A DNA stretch of 64,000 nt, taken from positions 95,606,001 to 95,670,000 of the forward strand of contig OZ076409.1 in assembly GCA_964187785.1 (NCBI GenBank), written 5' to 3'. Each line of letters begins with the position of its first letter. Position 1 is the stretch's first letter. A model generated the notes under the pieces. That model did no database searches, was not told the origin of the DNA, and saw only the letters and a list, made by a program, of their open reading frames with translations. This stretch comes from Amphiscolops sp. MND2022 (lineage: Eukaryota). Of this stretch, positions 31,858 to 46,587 are shown one piece after another. The position numbers and the translations under genes were made by a program.

Positions 31858-33682
31858 AGGTATTTTCACCCGTAAACTTGAAAATTCTCAAAACAGAAAC
31901 AGCTGAAAAGCCATTAAGACCGTTTTTTTTTCAAAAAAAATTTGGGGAATTGCATAGCAACGGAAATGACCAAACGTACAAAACTTGGTTAATAGTGTGA
32001 AAAGCTGAACTTTTTCATTTTTCAATTCATTCCTTAAATTCCTTTGAAGAAAAATTTAGTCTATTCCAAACAAATTTTTACAAGCCATAGTTCGGTTTTT
32101 TAACTCTGTGGATTATCATATCTGCGACGAACTAAAGTTTCACAAAAACAAGACGGGAACGTCTAAAGTCGGCGCTATATCTAAGGCTCAAAAAGCGCAA
32201 AAGACTTTTTTTGAAAACTTGAAATTTTTGAATTTTTTTCAGAAAATGTCCCATAGTGCCGAAAAATGTAGAAGGGTCACTTGTTTGAGCTTTTTCGCGA
32301 ATCTCTTGGCCTGAGATCGACTTGACGAGAACTCAAAATTTTCAACTCAAAAGTTCAGTAAAGTCATTTTTGGTTTGAGAGAGCAGAGTTTGACAATCTA
32401 CTTCAATTTTAGACTGGCCCTTTCGTTAAATGGCCCTTAATGGACTAACATCACTTATTGCTTACAAACTTGGGTTGGTTGCATGCGGTCTTCGCAATAA
32501 TGCTATCCAAGAAACGTGGAAAGGGAAAGATGTATGAAAAGCAGTGACGTTGTGTTAAATCTTTTGAACAGATATTTTAACCACAGCCGATTGAAAATTT
32601 TTAAAACCAAATCTGTTGAACCAATTTTCGCAATGAATCTGAATTTAACCAATTTTCATTTAAACAACTTTTTGCGGCGCATTAGGGTTGACATTTGTGG
32701 CCATTTCCTCAAAAGTTCTTGAAAACACAATCGGATGAGTGGTTGGGAGTTGGCAGAAAAGGTGCGGAAAAGGTATTTTCACCCGTAAACTTGAAAATTC
32801 TCAAAACAGAAACAGCTGAAAAGCCATTAAGACCGTTTTTTTTCAAAAAAAATTTGGGGAATTGCATAGCAACGGAAATGACCAAACGTACAAAACTTGG
32901 TTAATAGTGTGAAAAGCTGAACTTTTTCATTTTTCAATTCATTCCTTAAATTCCTTTGAAGAAAAATTTAGTCTATTCCAAACAAATTTTTACAAGCCAT
33001 AGTTCGGTTTTTTAACTCTGTGGATTATCATATCTGCGACGAACTAAAGTTTCACAAAAACAAGACGGGAACGTCTAAAGTCGGCGCTATATCTAAGGCT
33101 CAAAAAGCGCAAAAGACTTTTTTTGAAAACTTGAAATTTTTGAATTTTTTTCAGAAAATGTCCCATAGTGCCGAAAAATGTAGAAGGGTCACTTGTTTGA
33201 GCTTTTTCGCGAATCTCTTGGCCTGAGATCGACTTGACGAGAACTCAAAATTTTCAACTCAAAAGTTCAGTAAAGTCATTTTTGGTTTGAGAGAGCAGAG
33301 TTTGACAATCTACTTCAATTTTAGACTGGCCCTTTCGTTAAATGGCCCTTAATGGACTAACATCACTTATTGCTTACAAACTTGGGTTGGTTGCATGCGG
33401 TCTTCGCAATAATGCTATCCAAGAAACGTGAAAAGGGAAAGATGTATGAAAAGCAGTGACGTTGTGTTAAATCTTTTGAACAGATATTTTAACAACAACC
33501 GATTGAAAATTTTTAAAACCAAATCTGTTGAACCAATTTTCGCAATGAATCTGAATTTAATCAATTTTTATTTAAACAACTTTTTGCGGCGCATTAGGGT
33601 TGACATTTGTGGGCATTTCCTCAAAAGTTCTTGAAAACACAATCGGATGAGTGGTTGGGAGTTGGCAGAAAAGGTGCGGAAA
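31858..33682. repeat. Near-identical head-to-tail duplication of ~912 bp
   Basis: 31858-32770 is repeated at 32771-33682. Identical ORFs at 32108 and 33020; only a few substitutions are seen. Confidence 0.95.
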
Positions 33683-35184
33683 CTAGGCAAGGCTGCTTGG
33701 CCTTGCCTGAACTCCTAAACCATTTCTGACTTTTGTGTCGGGATTTTGATTTTTGAACACAGAAATGACATTTTCTTTTCGAAAGTTTTAAAAATTAGGT
33801 TTTAAAAAAGTATGCCCAGTTACTACCAATATGGTGTCTACGTCCTACTAACCTTCGCATCTTTTAGCGGTCAGTCTCTTCAGTGAACGATGTTTTCCGC
33901 TCCCTTGTTTGACGGAATCTGCTGAAGTACCGAATAGGAATGGATCTGTGTCGTCCAGTTCGGCTTCTCTCACTATCAGCACCGGATCCATCTAAAATGT
34001 ACTACTCATGCAATCGTACCTTTTTGCTCCCGCCGACCTTTCAATGAAAATTTCAAATTTCTCAAAACCTGTCCATACGATTTTTTATAAAATATAGCAC
34101 AGCCATTCTACACCCAAAGGGGCCCCTGCGTAAGCAGTAGCATCAAAATTGTATGACTGGGATCTGAGAAACAGCCAAAATTAGTCCAAAAATGACTAAA
34201 TGGCAATAAAGTAGGTAATTTGTTTTTCGATATTTTAATCCGTTTCCGACTCCTTTACCGCACATGCAGCACTTGTTATTTTATTGAAACAACGCTGCAC
34301 TATCGTCTCTATTTTCAAAATGTCTTGAGTCTTTTGTTTGCTTAGATAGCTTTCTAATTTTGACAATGACAGTAAAAACGTTCTTCGGAGAATCGATTCT
34401 TTCTACACGAACAAGATAAGGTATGAAAGGTATTCTCCGAGATGGTTGGTTTTACTCCTGAAGTTTGTTTTCACTGAAAGCTGACACTTTCCGAGGGTCC
34501 TCAATTGATAAGCATCCTTTAGGATATTGAAAGCAAATATTGCATTTACTCTAAGCACTTAGAATGTCAAATATTCAGACCTCAGACCAACTCCAATACT
34601 AATATAAAAACGAAATGTCAAAAATTATTTTTGGGTGATAGAAATTCTGCATGAATGTAATGATGTAATCTGCATGAAATTTCGAGAAATTTTTGTCTGG
34701 CTAACTTTTAATCAATTTCAGTGCTTTTTGAATCGTGCTTTTAATTGAAATTCTGCTTAATGTCCAATTTCAGTTTAGCTAACCATGTAGTTGAATAATT
34801 CTATAACGCTATGTGGGTCCAGGATTGGCCAATACTAAACGTCGGTGTTTTAAAAGTTTTATTTTGAATAAAATACATTTCGATCAAAGGTTTTTTTATT
34901 TCATGTATATGTAATTGATGTAGACAGACAAGTAGGCGTCAATTCCAGCAATTTTTTAAAATGTCAAGTGAAAATGACAGCCTATCGTGAAGAATTACTG
35001 AAATTGGCATGCGAAATGGTATGCCTAGTGCTAAGTACCGGTGGATTAGAAAGAATTTTCAATGGGATTCATCCACTCTGATCTTCGCAACAGGCTTGGA
35101 ATTCAGAAAGTTGAAAAACTTACTTTTGTGATGCGATATTTGAATGATATTTATGGAATAAATTCATTCTTTCAATCTTATTTG

Positions 35185-36144
35185 TAGTCGGCGCTTTTCT
35201 AGTGAAAAGAGCCTGACTATTACAGTGGCTAGTTTTTTTTTCGTCAGACTACAATCTCACTCTGATTGGTCCACAACAGAAACTACTAAGGCCATAAGGC
35301 CAAGCCCGGTCAACGGAAATTAGTGCAAAAGGGTCCCCTTTCATTTTTTACTTTTTAAACGTAACCTACAAAACCGGACGAGACTAAAGGGTCCCCCTTT
35401 TGATTTTTTTCGGCATTGTGCGACTTGGAAAATTTTTTAATGTCTCAAAAGAGTCTCCCTTTCCAGTTTTTTGATATTTTGCAACAGAATATATGTTAAT
35501 GAAGCCCAAAGGGTCCCCCTTTTCATTTTTCGGCACTATGCGACATTTTCGAAGTTTTTTTCAAAAAAAAATTTCAAGAAAATTTTCAAATTTTATTTTC
35601 CCAGTCGGTAAACAGAGTGATTTTCCAGTCATATCGAGCATGAAAGGCACACTTAGGGTGTCTCGAAAGTGTTTTCAAAGCTTTTCATGAATACGTCCTG
35701 AGCATATTTAGAAAACTTTGCGCTTCTTGAGCCTTAGATATAGCGCCGACTTCAGACGTTCCCGTCTTGTTTTTTTTTCGCCAGACCACAGACCTCATCG
35801 TGTATGTACCACTTTTTACAGACTTCACTCGTTCACGTGTACTCGTCAGTACAGTTTTTACTCGGTTTACGGTGAACCCAGCGGTCACGGGTTCGAGTCC
35901 TTGCTTTAGCCAGAAACTTTTTCGAGCAATTTTTTTCGGCACTGTGCGACTCAATTTTTTTCGGCGCTCTGCGAATTTTTTCTCGATTTTTTTTTACCTT
36001 CAAAGTGTCAAACCTTCATTTTTTTTGATATTTTGCAACAAACTGGATTTTCAAAAAGCCCAAAGGGTCCCCCTTTCACAGGTTTAAAAACTGCGCTTTT
36101 TGAGCCTTAGATATAGCGCCGACTTTAGACGTTCCCGTCTTGTT
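35185..36144 (+). mobile_element. HINE-like family A copy or copies (3' ends at 35771 and 36144)
   Basis: Same TAGTCGGCGC start and GCGCCGACT...CTTGTT ends; internal AAAGGGTCCCC and CGGCACT(A/G)TGCGAC repeats; tRNA B-box-like GGTTCGAGTCC near 35889. Confidence 0.65.
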
Positions 36145-37733
36145 CTGTCTTTGTTCGATGATATTTTCAACATGTTTTAAAACGTTTGGTTTGTTTAAAA
36201 TTTATTTTAAACGTAGAATGTCCAACCAACCAACCCTGTGTGAGTGTGACGTCTAACTATTATTACTCACGTATTGGGTTGCGTGGTTTTTGTTGTCGAA
36301 CCCGCCCACGCCCAAAAGTCTTTCCTCGATGTCACCCGGGTTGTCGGCTCGCATCATCTGTAGGGAGTAGACGGCTACAGATGTCGACACCAGAAAGCAA
36401 GAAACCACTGCAAGAGAAACCAAAACGTGCACGGTGCTACAATTCGTCGTCATTTTGATAAAACTGCAACAGAGGAGTTTTTGGTGACTTTGGCGGCAGG
36501 TCCTGACAAATCTCGCTTTCCAATGATTTAGATTAATACCTTCCTTCAATCAGTGTTTTTAGCATCCTCATTTGTCAATTTAGTCCTATCTAGTTACCCT
36601 CCCAATTATATCTGCTTCATTCTGACATCCCTAATCACCCCCTGTCGTCTTTGTTATGATGGATCCATTTCACCGATCTCTGTCTCTCATCTCGCTGATA
36701 TTTCGGTCGGGAAGTTTGCTTGAGAGACGGTCCTTACTTGTCATGTGAAATGAATACTTCGAAATGTCCACTAAGATTGATCACTTTCGCTTAATGCTAT
36801 TTTGACGTTTTCTCCAATTATATTTATGCGTTTCCTTTTATGTGTGCGTGTTTCGTTCGCCACTTTTCTAACAGTAGATTGCATGGAAAATCTTGTGGTG
36901 TTACTTTGTGAACCATAAAAAAAACGGAACGCATGAAATTTTTCGAGCTCTCAACGTTTCAATTATTTGTGAGCAAATGTTTCGAAACAACGTCTGGACT
37001 TTTTCTGAAGGTTCCAATCATTCTTTGTTGAAGTTTTGATTACGTAATGAGAGGATGTTTGACAGAGAAAGTGAAAGGTTATCAGCGTCTTGATCATAAA
37101 TATTACGATTTTGAAGAGTGAATATTTGCGTGCGTTCCATTTTTTTTGGTTCACCTAGTATTTCGATAGTACTCTGTACAGGACATTTTGTGAGCGCAAA
37201 ATCATTATGTAATGCTGTTTCACGTCAAAAATGAATGAGGCCATTAATTGGCTTTGTTTTCGCTTCCTAGTATAGCTTTGAGCTCAATAAGATTGGTAGG
37301 TAGACCATTGGTGAAGCAATTCACCTCCAAATTCGCCAAAAACTGGTACCCTGAAAAACTTGAATGATACGAAATGTGCTAGTTTCCAATTTCATTGAAT
37401 GAGGGTAAGTGTAAAAATGCTCAGTATTTTGAACCGAATTTTGAATCAAAAACTACGAAAATGTCACGAAACATCTAACTTTTTTCTACCTGAAAATAAT
37501 TCGTGAACTGGAAGCAAAATGTTTTCTTTCCCATTTAGTTCGACTCATTGCAAACAAACAACACGGGTCATTTCAGCTAGTTCCCTTTGGAGGATGTGAT
37601 CTCAAAAAACAGATCACTTTCTTTTTTTGAGATCACAATACACATAATGTTTTCGACATACTGCATAATATGTAAATAATAACCGAATTCATCCATTCTT
37701 GGATAGTTCACAAAAAATATGTACTTTGATACA

Positions 37734-38224
37734 AACAAGCCGGGACCGGCCCAAGTCGGCGCCATATCTAAGGCTCAACAATAACAAAAGGACTTCAAAA
37801 TGTCAAACTATTGGTGAATTGGGGACCCTTTTATTAACAAAAGTTTTTTTTAAAAAAAGGCTCACAATGCCGAAAAAACTGAAAGAGGGATCCTCTAGGA
37901 TTTTTCAACATCCATTCTGTCGCAAAACTCCAAAAAAATTGAAGGGGACCCCGTGAGAATTTTTTTTTCGAAAAAAAGTCGCAATGCCGAAAAAATTGAA
38001 AGGGGGGACCCTGGGACCCTTTGGTCTCGTCCGGTATTGTATGTTACGCGGGAAACCTTTTTGGTTCAGTTCCTTGGGCCAAACGGATACAATTTGGTGG
38101 CTTCGTAAAATTTTGTAGAACTTTTGGGGTAAAACTATTTTGGTCACTTCGGGTGTATCGAAAAAAAACACTGACGAAGAGCCATGACTATAGTCGACTC
38201 TTTTCTCTGAAAAGCGCCGACTAA
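37734..38224 (-). mobile_element. HINE-like family A copy
   Basis: Reverse-complement termini AACAAGCCGGGACCGGCCCAAGTCGGCGCC ... GCGCCGACTA. Confidence 0.65.
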
Positions 38225-39593
38225 AAATCATATCGCAATATCAAAGAAGGCAAGAGACTTTCAAGGGCGTGAGCCCGCTCAACGAAAAGAAATTTTCTTA
38301 TTTAAAATTTAATTTTGTTTGCTTTGTAGTCTTCAGAAGCCTCGTTATGATATTGAGGGAACTTTGAACTTTATGCAAAATTCAACTCACGAAGAGCTCG
38401 AAAGAGAGTTGAGCTGTAGCTTTTTTAAAGCAGGTATCCAGCAGTGTAATAGTATGACTACCAGAAGGGTTTTGAAATAATCGCATTTTTTGAACGTTAC
38501 GTCAAATCGATGAGGTCGGGGGCGGAAATTTCGTCGTATTGATGATTACAATTGAAAGCGTTCACGAAAAGAAACCATTTTAAATATTATTATTGCTGCG
38601 ATAGCAGGAATTATATTGAAATCTGAATTATTAAACTTTTTTCAGTTCAATTTTTGTCTGACAAGTGCCTACAGAAAAATTCAGACATTTTGTCCGGCAG
38701 TTAGTATAAGCGTGAGATTTATATTTCTCAAGCTGCCGACAACAATTCGTTTCTCGAGCGAGTGATACTTATGCTTTCGTATGCCGAGTTTTTGAGATGA
38801 AGCAAACAAGTGTTAATTATTCGTTCGACGAGAGCTTCGTCTGCATTCACATGCAAATGCGAAACTTCGTCTACGCTTAGTAGTTAAACAAGACGCCCGC
38901 TAAGAACCGGGATATTTTCCGCTAAAAACGCATCAGCCCGGGTTCGAACCCGCGACCTCGTGCGGAGATTTGGTAACAAAAATTGGAAATTCTTCAAATA
39001 GCTAAATAGTCAAGTAACTATATAAAATAGTCAAGTAGTTGAGATAGTCAAGTGATGGAGCGTGGAGATTTGGCCGAATTTGTAAAAAAAACGCATCACA
39101 GATCATGATTTTCCTTCCCCATTATATGTGGGCGGAAAATAGTAAGTCCGAGAAGAATTAATGGCGGTGTAAACTGGTAGAGTTATTATTTGTGAGCTAT
39201 ATAAATTATTGAGATTTTCTATTATCGAACATGAAAGCCTAAAAGCAGAAATATACTGTGCCCCGCAGGGGCCTGTTTTTCAACTATTTTCATATTAAAA
39301 TGAAAGCTTAGGAATAAATTTCATTTTAACGCCAAATTTTGAACCAAAAACTTAATTGCATTCAATCACCTCATCAAAACGCTTCTTGAGCAACGGAATA
39401 TTTTCCGTCGTGAAATCTACCAACCACTTTTGAAATATGCGTGGAAGTAATGTGTTCGAAAAACTATCATTAGTTTAAAATTTTTTGTTCAGAAATTGAG
39501 TTGACTTTTTTTTCTTGGACCATAATAAAAAGTAGTCAATAATAGCTTTTATTGCATAATTAACGATAATTTTTAAGATAAGTAGACTCAAAA

Positions 39594-40130
39594 AACAAGC
39601 CGGGACAGACCCAATTCGGCGCCTTATCTAAGGCTCAAAATTAGCAAAAGGATTTCAAAGTGTCAAAGTATTCTCTTCTACAGTACCCAAAAAACCCAAA
39701 GTTGGACCGAATGGGCGCGCCAGGGGACGCTTTGAGATTTTTCATCCATTCTGTCGCAAATCCTCAAAAAAATTGAAGGGAGGAGAAAAAAGTTTTGTGA
39801 GAAGAAACAAGTTTTGAAAAAGTCACAATTCCGAAAAAAATTGAAAGCGGGGACCTTTCGGGATTTTTCAACATCCATTCTGTCGCAGAAAATTGGGGGG
39901 GAGGAACCCTTTGTGGAACTTTTTTTGAAAAGTTCCACAATGCCGAAAAAGTTGAAAGGGGGACCCTTTAGTCTCGCCCGGTATTTTGTTGGTTCAGTTC
40001 CCTGGGCCAACAGGTACAATTTGGGGTCTTTTAAATTTTGTAGAACTTTTTTGGTCACTTCAGGTGTTTCGAAGAAAAACACTGACGAAAAGCCATGACT
40101 ATAGTTGACTCTTAAGAAAAGCGCCGACTA
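39594..40130 (-). mobile_element. HINE-like family A copy
   Basis: Same termini and internal repeats as the copy at 37734-38224. Confidence 0.65.
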
Positions 40131-40946
40131 AAAAAGACGATTCTTCATAGATACGCTAAAATGCGACAGTGTTTTATGGAATGTTATTACTGGCAACGAA
40201 ACTTCCGGCGACTAAATTTCTTGTAATGAGGCCAAGTTCGTGCATTTAAACTGTGTTTCAATTTGTTTTATCGGAAGATGGAATTTTCGAAGACGGAGAT
40301 GCTGAGTTAAATGCAAAAATTTTTGATCTAACCTACTTGATTATTTGTACGTAATTTCGAATAATAATAAAACGCTCCGAATTTTGAGTTAGTTACAATG
40401 CTGTTCATTTGTACTGATGACTACTTGCCATTTATTACCTTTACAATTTTAACTTATATTTTTGCAGAAGTTTGTTTGAGGTCCGGAATTTTGACGTTTC
40501 GCATGCTTAGTCTCTATGAAGTATTTGCCTTATACGTACTCTATTTCCGTGTGAGTTTGGATTTGATTCGCATGTTAGAATTCGCTTGTGAGTTGGCGCT
40601 TTTAGAATAAAAGAGCCTGCTTATTAGTCACTCGTTTTTTAAGACAGTCTCGAATGCGACGAAATTCTTCAGTTTGTTCTACTAATTGAATATCTAAGAA
40701 ACGCATCTAAGTTATTCCAAAGGGTCCCCCCTTTCGTTTTGTACTTTTCAAACGTAACATAGAAAACCGGACGAAACTTAAGGGTCCCCCCTCTGGTTTG
40801 TTTTCGGCACTGTGCGACTTTTCTCGATTTTTTGTCTCCAAAGGGCTCTTCGATTTTATTGAAGTCCCTCCCAGTAATATCCGGATTAAAGCGCTATATC
40901 CGAACTTTTGACGTTATATCCGAACTATAGTGCGTTTTAATAAGGG

Positions 40947-41895
40947 TGTAAAGGCTGATTCTAATAGTTAAGGCGTTCGAACCGTCGGCCTGTCCCTGGC
41001 ATGAATATTACTTTGGAAAGAATCTCCGAAAACTTTACTAAGCCGTGTTGAAAACTGAAGAATTTTCAACTTCCAAAACACTCTCAACATGCTTTAAAGA
41101 AGTCAATTTTCCGTTCTCATATGGTCATACAACATCTCAGGTACAGTAACCAGACTTTCATACTCAGTAAATAGGCTATTCTGGGCACTTTCTGCCTATC
41201 TGAGTAGGTTAATATTGACTACAAATACTAAAATATATTCCCACAACACGTTCACAAACAAATATGAGGGCTAATGTGGGTTAAACAGGAAATGGGAGGA
41301 AATAACTACCTCAGAAGTGATATAATGCGCAAAAGTTCAAAAAACTCCCCAGAAAAAGTATTTTTGAAAAAAAATCGCTACGAATTCCAATTTTATCTTC
41401 TGTCCCGGTAGATTGGCTCAAATGATGAAGGGTCCTCTTTATTTGGGGTTCATTCTTTCATTGGGGTCGGAGTTATGGCTCTCCAAAGTCACCCACTTCG
41501 GGGTCCTTTTTTGTGCACTGGCTTTCAGGCCTTTTCATCGCCGGCCCTGTTTTTCTCTTGAGGAGGAACACACCCAATGTCTTCAAATACACAGGACAGT
41601 TTGACTGTAGGCCGAGAAACAACTCCCGATTGAGTAAGGATGTCACAAGATCGAATATTACCATCGTTCCCAAAATGGCACTTTTTTACCCTTCCAAGGC
41701 GGTAAAATCCTCGTTTTTCTCGATCGTCCACAATCCACACCAGATCATGTTCTTTCAATTGGGGACGTGCTTTGTACCATTTCTGGCGTATATTATTCAC
41801 CGGAAGGTATTCTTTCAACCATCTTGACCAGATGTTGTCCATGTGAGCCTGAGCCACACGGAATATTTTCCTGTGATTTTGATACTTCTGCGCAT
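40947..41895 (-). mobile_element. BEL/Pao remnant: 3' end of pol plus a 591-bp LTR (40947-41537)
   Basis: Minus-strand translation KIFRVAQAHMDNIWSRWLKEYL...DLVWIV...SRPTVKL is homologous to the C-terminus of the ORF at 1-4296. It has the same PPT (GAGAAAAACAGGGCCGGC), and the LTR is bounded by TGAAAAGGC...GCCTTTACA. Confidence 0.85.
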
Positions 41896-42239
41896 CCGCA
41901 TTTTGATTTTTACTAGAAACAAAACGTTTTGCGAGCATAGATGACTGCTTATAGTTTTCGGCACTATGTGACTTACCAGGAGACAGTTTTTGGAGAAAAG
42001 TATTCAAAAACACTTTTCCGTTTTTTGAGAGGTTACGGTATCAATGATAATACCGACGTATCCCAAATAGTGGACTTCGTTGAAGGGTAAGACGGGCGGA
42101 ACCCAGCCTGCAATGTACGGTGTCTACTGGGTTCTCCACCCAATGAAAGTACGTCTGAAGCAGGTACCGAGGTTGTGCTCTTCACTTAATAGGGTAATGC
42201 TTTCCTGGAGTTCCCAGTAGACACATCAATCCTAAACCC

Positions 42240-44780
42240 TTAGAAAGGACCTCCCTCTGATCGGTGGTGACTTCAATGCAAAAGGGCCCTCCCCAATCCT
42301 CTGAAAAACAGCATGTCGGTACCTATACTGTCGGAGAGCGGAACACCAACGGTGATCTCCTTGTCGGCTTCACTGCCTTAAATGACCTCATCCTTGCTAA
42401 TACGACCTTCTGTAAGAAGCGCCATCTTCTTTACCCTTGGCGATCCAATGACGGTCGCCGCACCCGCAGCCAAATCGACTTCATCATGATCCCCAGACGT
42501 TCGAGGTCTGTTCTGAATGCTCGTGCCACCTCTCACAACACGGTACTCGACAGCGATCATCGCATGGTCACTGCTAGTGTACGGCTCAAACTCAAAAAAA
42601 ATACACAAACACCACGTGTGCCACTAAATGTAACGTGCAAGCACTGCTTTCTGCCGAGACCTCTCAGCGCTTCAACAATGAACTCACTTGTCTCCTTGGA
42701 GATCTAGATAGTTCCGAAGACATCAATAAGCACTGGAACAACATCAAGAGTTCTCTGTATATTGCAGCCGAAAAGATACTTGGTGAGCCCAAAAACCAAA
42801 ATAAGCCCGGGATCAGTCACGAAACTCTTGCACTCATCGACAAACGCCGCCAAGTCAGATTGAGTTAAGCGAAGCTTCGCCGAGATATAAGAAAGCAGTG
42901 CGCGCGGACATAGCGCGGTACTACTCCGAGCTCGCAGACGAAGTCATCGCCACGGATGAGAGTGGAACACTCGGAATATGTACTCTATCAAGAAGCTCTC
43001 AGGCATCGGTCCGACTACCACTGATATACTCAAAGGCGAAAGTGGACACAGTATCACAGACGGAAAATAAAAAATCGAAACTTCGGCAAATCATTTTCAG
43101 AACTTGCTGAATATCCCTTCAGCCAATGGCGTCCCCATAGCCCCAACTGAAGGGCCAGTACCCTGTGTTTCTTCGGACCCCCCATCCTACGACGAAATCC
43201 TACTTGCTCTCCACAAGGTCAAGAAAAGCAAAGCGGGAGGTATTGACCCGCCTTCCCCTGAGCTGTTTCCCCGTGGTGCCCCATCAGTATGCCAACCGCT
43301 GCAGGAGCTCTTTGCCCTATTTTGGTTACACCAGAAAATCCCAGATGATTGGAACATAGCTGTCATCATCCCGTGCTATAAAAAGGGAGACAAAGCGAAA
43401 TGCTCCAACTACCGTGGAATCAGCTTGATCGCCTTTGCCCTGAAGGTTTTCGAAGCTGTCATAAAAAGCCGTTTGTAACCGGCCTACACGAAGGCTGCCC
43501 GGATAAACCAAGCCGGCTTTGAGAAGGGCGTCGGGTGCCGGGATCAGGTCTTTACCTTGCGCCAAATACTGAAACAGCGATATCAATTCAGTCGAAAGAC
43601 CGTCCTTATATTTATCGATTTCAAGGGGATGTTCGACAGCGTCAACCGAGAAACTATCTGGACCATACTGTCGAACCGCGGCCTTGACCCCATCATCAGT
43701 AACATCCTAAGAACCATGCACGCAAAAACAACCAGCAAAGTACGCGTAAACAACACCCTCTCACGCGAAATTGAAATAGCGAACGGAGTACGTCAGAGCT
43801 CAATAATTGCCCCATTTTTATAACCTGGCAATTGATTGGATCATGCAAAACGCCCTTTGTCAGGAAATGCATGATATTAGTCTAGACGATACATACGTGC
43901 CGGACCTTGACTTCCCCGATGATATCTGTCTTCTGGAAGACAACCCCCCCCCCCCGAAGATGCTCAACACTTGCTCGATAGTGTTGTCCATGCGGCCACA
44001 AATGTCGGCTTGAAGATCAACGCGTCAAAGTCCAAGTTCTGCTCCATTGACCCCAACATCGTTATCACCTACTCAGGCGAACGACTGGAAGGAGTAGAAA
44101 AATTCACCTACCTTGGCTCATCGATACAGCTTAATGGCGACATCACAGGAGAAATTAAACTCCGTTGCGCGAAGTCTCTCGGCTCGATGAAGCTGGTAAA
44201 ATTCTGGCGTAGTCGCGATATTTCAACCACGATCAAATCTAAAGTTTACCACGCTAGCATCCGGAGATCCCTCCTGTGTTGTTGTCAAACGGCCACTCAA
44301 GACATCTGATGTTAAAAAACTGGACAGCGTTGAGATCAGATGCGCCAGATCCATTCTCCGCCCAAGTCGCCGTATCAATTCCGACATCCGTGGAATTCTT
44401 AAAGCTCGATAGCAGCGTCTCCACGACCATACAGAAGCGCAGACCGAATTGGCTTGGTCATGTACTCCGCCATGACCCCACTACTCTTCCAAACTCCGCC
44501 CTTTAGTTTGTAAAGGGACTCGACTGGAAACGCACCATGGGCGGCATGAAGTGGACGTGGCAAGACCTAGTCAAAGCGGACCTCAGCTCCATCCTCAAAC
44601 CCGTGAAAATGAATAAAGAAGTCTGGGACGCGGAATGGTTCTCGATCGCCAGCGACGCGGCAAGAAACAGGCGCCAGTGGAACGCAATCATTCGTGATGT
44701 GCAAGAGGCGGGCAATGGGCAGTGACTGCCTGATACGCCCTAACTGGAACATCAATCCTTGTTCCTGCAGAAGACTAATA
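42240..44780 (+). pseudogene. Decayed non-LTR retrotransposon (RTE-like; APE endonuclease plus RT)
   Basis: Fragments in several frames: GDFNAK, NGDLL, NTTF, SQIDFIM, SDHRMV (APE); YKKGDK..CSNYRGISL, FIDFKGMFDSV, GVRQ, DLDFPDD, FTYLGS, WLGHVLR (RT and tail). Many frameshifts and stops. Confidence 0.9.
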
Positions 44781-45569
44781 TGGAACAACACATACTGCTA
44801 AACTACCATTTACTTCGTTTGCTCGAACAAATATTAATCGCACTAGGATTCTTAGGGTTATTAGGATTTCAAAAAACTTTTTAAAAAATATAAATAATTG
44901 ACACTCATCCAGTCTGTTAATAATGTATTTTTGCTAGGCCTCCGTTAAGCGGGCGTTTGCGCTCGGATGTCTTTTCTGGTGTTTGTTTTTCCAAATTCCT
45001 TTGCTTGTGTTAATAATCAAATATCAGATGAATTCAATTATTATTATCGGGTCTGCATCGATGAAATTTTTGCAAGATACATCAGGTGGTGCATACACTT
45101 TTTATTCCACGCCGGTTTTATCGGAGTTTGGTCGACAATGCGGCTTATACAGAATTTTAAGACTTTAGATCGACCCTAAGGCGCGAATCAGTCAATTTGT
45201 AATGCCAGCCGTTATCTGTCACCCGCGCTTCCTTTCTTTTAGCTTGAAAATGAGGTCCTGTTGGAAATACCTAATTTTTACTAATAAAATGAGGTCTTTA
45301 TTCAAGCCCGTTCCTATAAGGAAATACAGGCGATGTTTACAAACCTCTGACATTTATTAGCCGCCACTTTACTTTCAAACGAACTGTTTATCTAGAATCA
45401 GCACTAGAAGTTTATTGGTTTCGTGACTTTGCTTTTTGCCAATGATTTCGGTGAATGAAAGGGGTCCACGGTTCAAGTACTATGCTACCATTTGAGCGTT
45501 GAAAAAGCTCATAGTCTCCGCTTCTTGCATTTTTCGAACCATGCCATTTTTTCCACCTAAAGATGTCTT

Positions 45570-46395
45570 TAGTCGGCGCATTCGGTAATAGAAAGTGCCC
45601 GACTCTAATAGAGCAAATTTTTGTAAGATCACAGACCTCAAACTGAATGCTCCACTTTTTACAGACTTTACGGCCAAGTTCTAAAGGGTACCCAAGAAAA
45701 CCAAATGGTACTACTTTTGATTTTTTCATAAAATTTACCGTATACTCGAAACTATTTGAGACCAAAGGGTATTCATGTTTTCAGGTAGGACAATATGTTT
45801 CAGGAGTGTAAATGGTCCCCTTCAGGTTTTCATTTATAGAAGCGTTATATAGCGTTTTCTGAGCACGACAGACTTCATTCGGGTGTTTTTGGTACTGCTA
45901 TATTTAGGAGTTTACTGAAAAACGCCATGAGCATATTTTAAAAACTTTGTGTTTTTTGAGCCTTAAGTCACCTTGAAGCGTCTACTTTCACGAGTTTCAA
46001 ATGGAATTTTATAAATTTTAAATACAAATAAGGGGTCCCGCTTTTTGGCCCACCGATTAACGCTGATTTCCAGGCCTGGTGACGGGGACTGAGAAACAGG
46101 ACTACTTCGGATCGAGTCCGCGCTAAACCACGTTTTTTTACGCTTACAAAATTAAAGGAAAGACCAAAGGGTCCGACACTGAGACTTTTTCTGTAAAGAA
46201 AATTTGAAAATCGCTTAGTTTTTTCCATGTTTCGAGTCTGCGAAAAAGCGGTTTTCTAGTCCAATGAGTCTTCGGATATTTTTGGCACCGTCAATTTTAA
46301 CAACTTTCACAATAGTGTCCCTCTGCATATTTAAAACACTCTGCTCTTTATGAACCTGGAGATGGGCGCAGACTTGGGCCGTTCCCGGAGTTGTT
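45570..46395 (+). mobile_element. HINE-like family A copy (diverged)
   Basis: TAGTCGGCGC...CCCGACT start; GGCGCAGACTTGGGCCGTTCCCGG..TTGTT end. Confidence 0.55.
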
Positions 46396-46587
46396 TGTAA
46401 AAACGATAGGTTTTCGGAAATTCATGTAGGTTTTTACGACGTTTATTTTTGCGGGGAAAATCGAGCTGGTTTGATAAATTGTCGCGTACGTTTAACACCG
46501 CGAGTTGGCGCTCAGATAGTTTCTAGTGTTTTAGGTAACCTAAACTAAACTACTGGTGGTTGTCATTTCTTGAGTTTTTTGTTTCTA

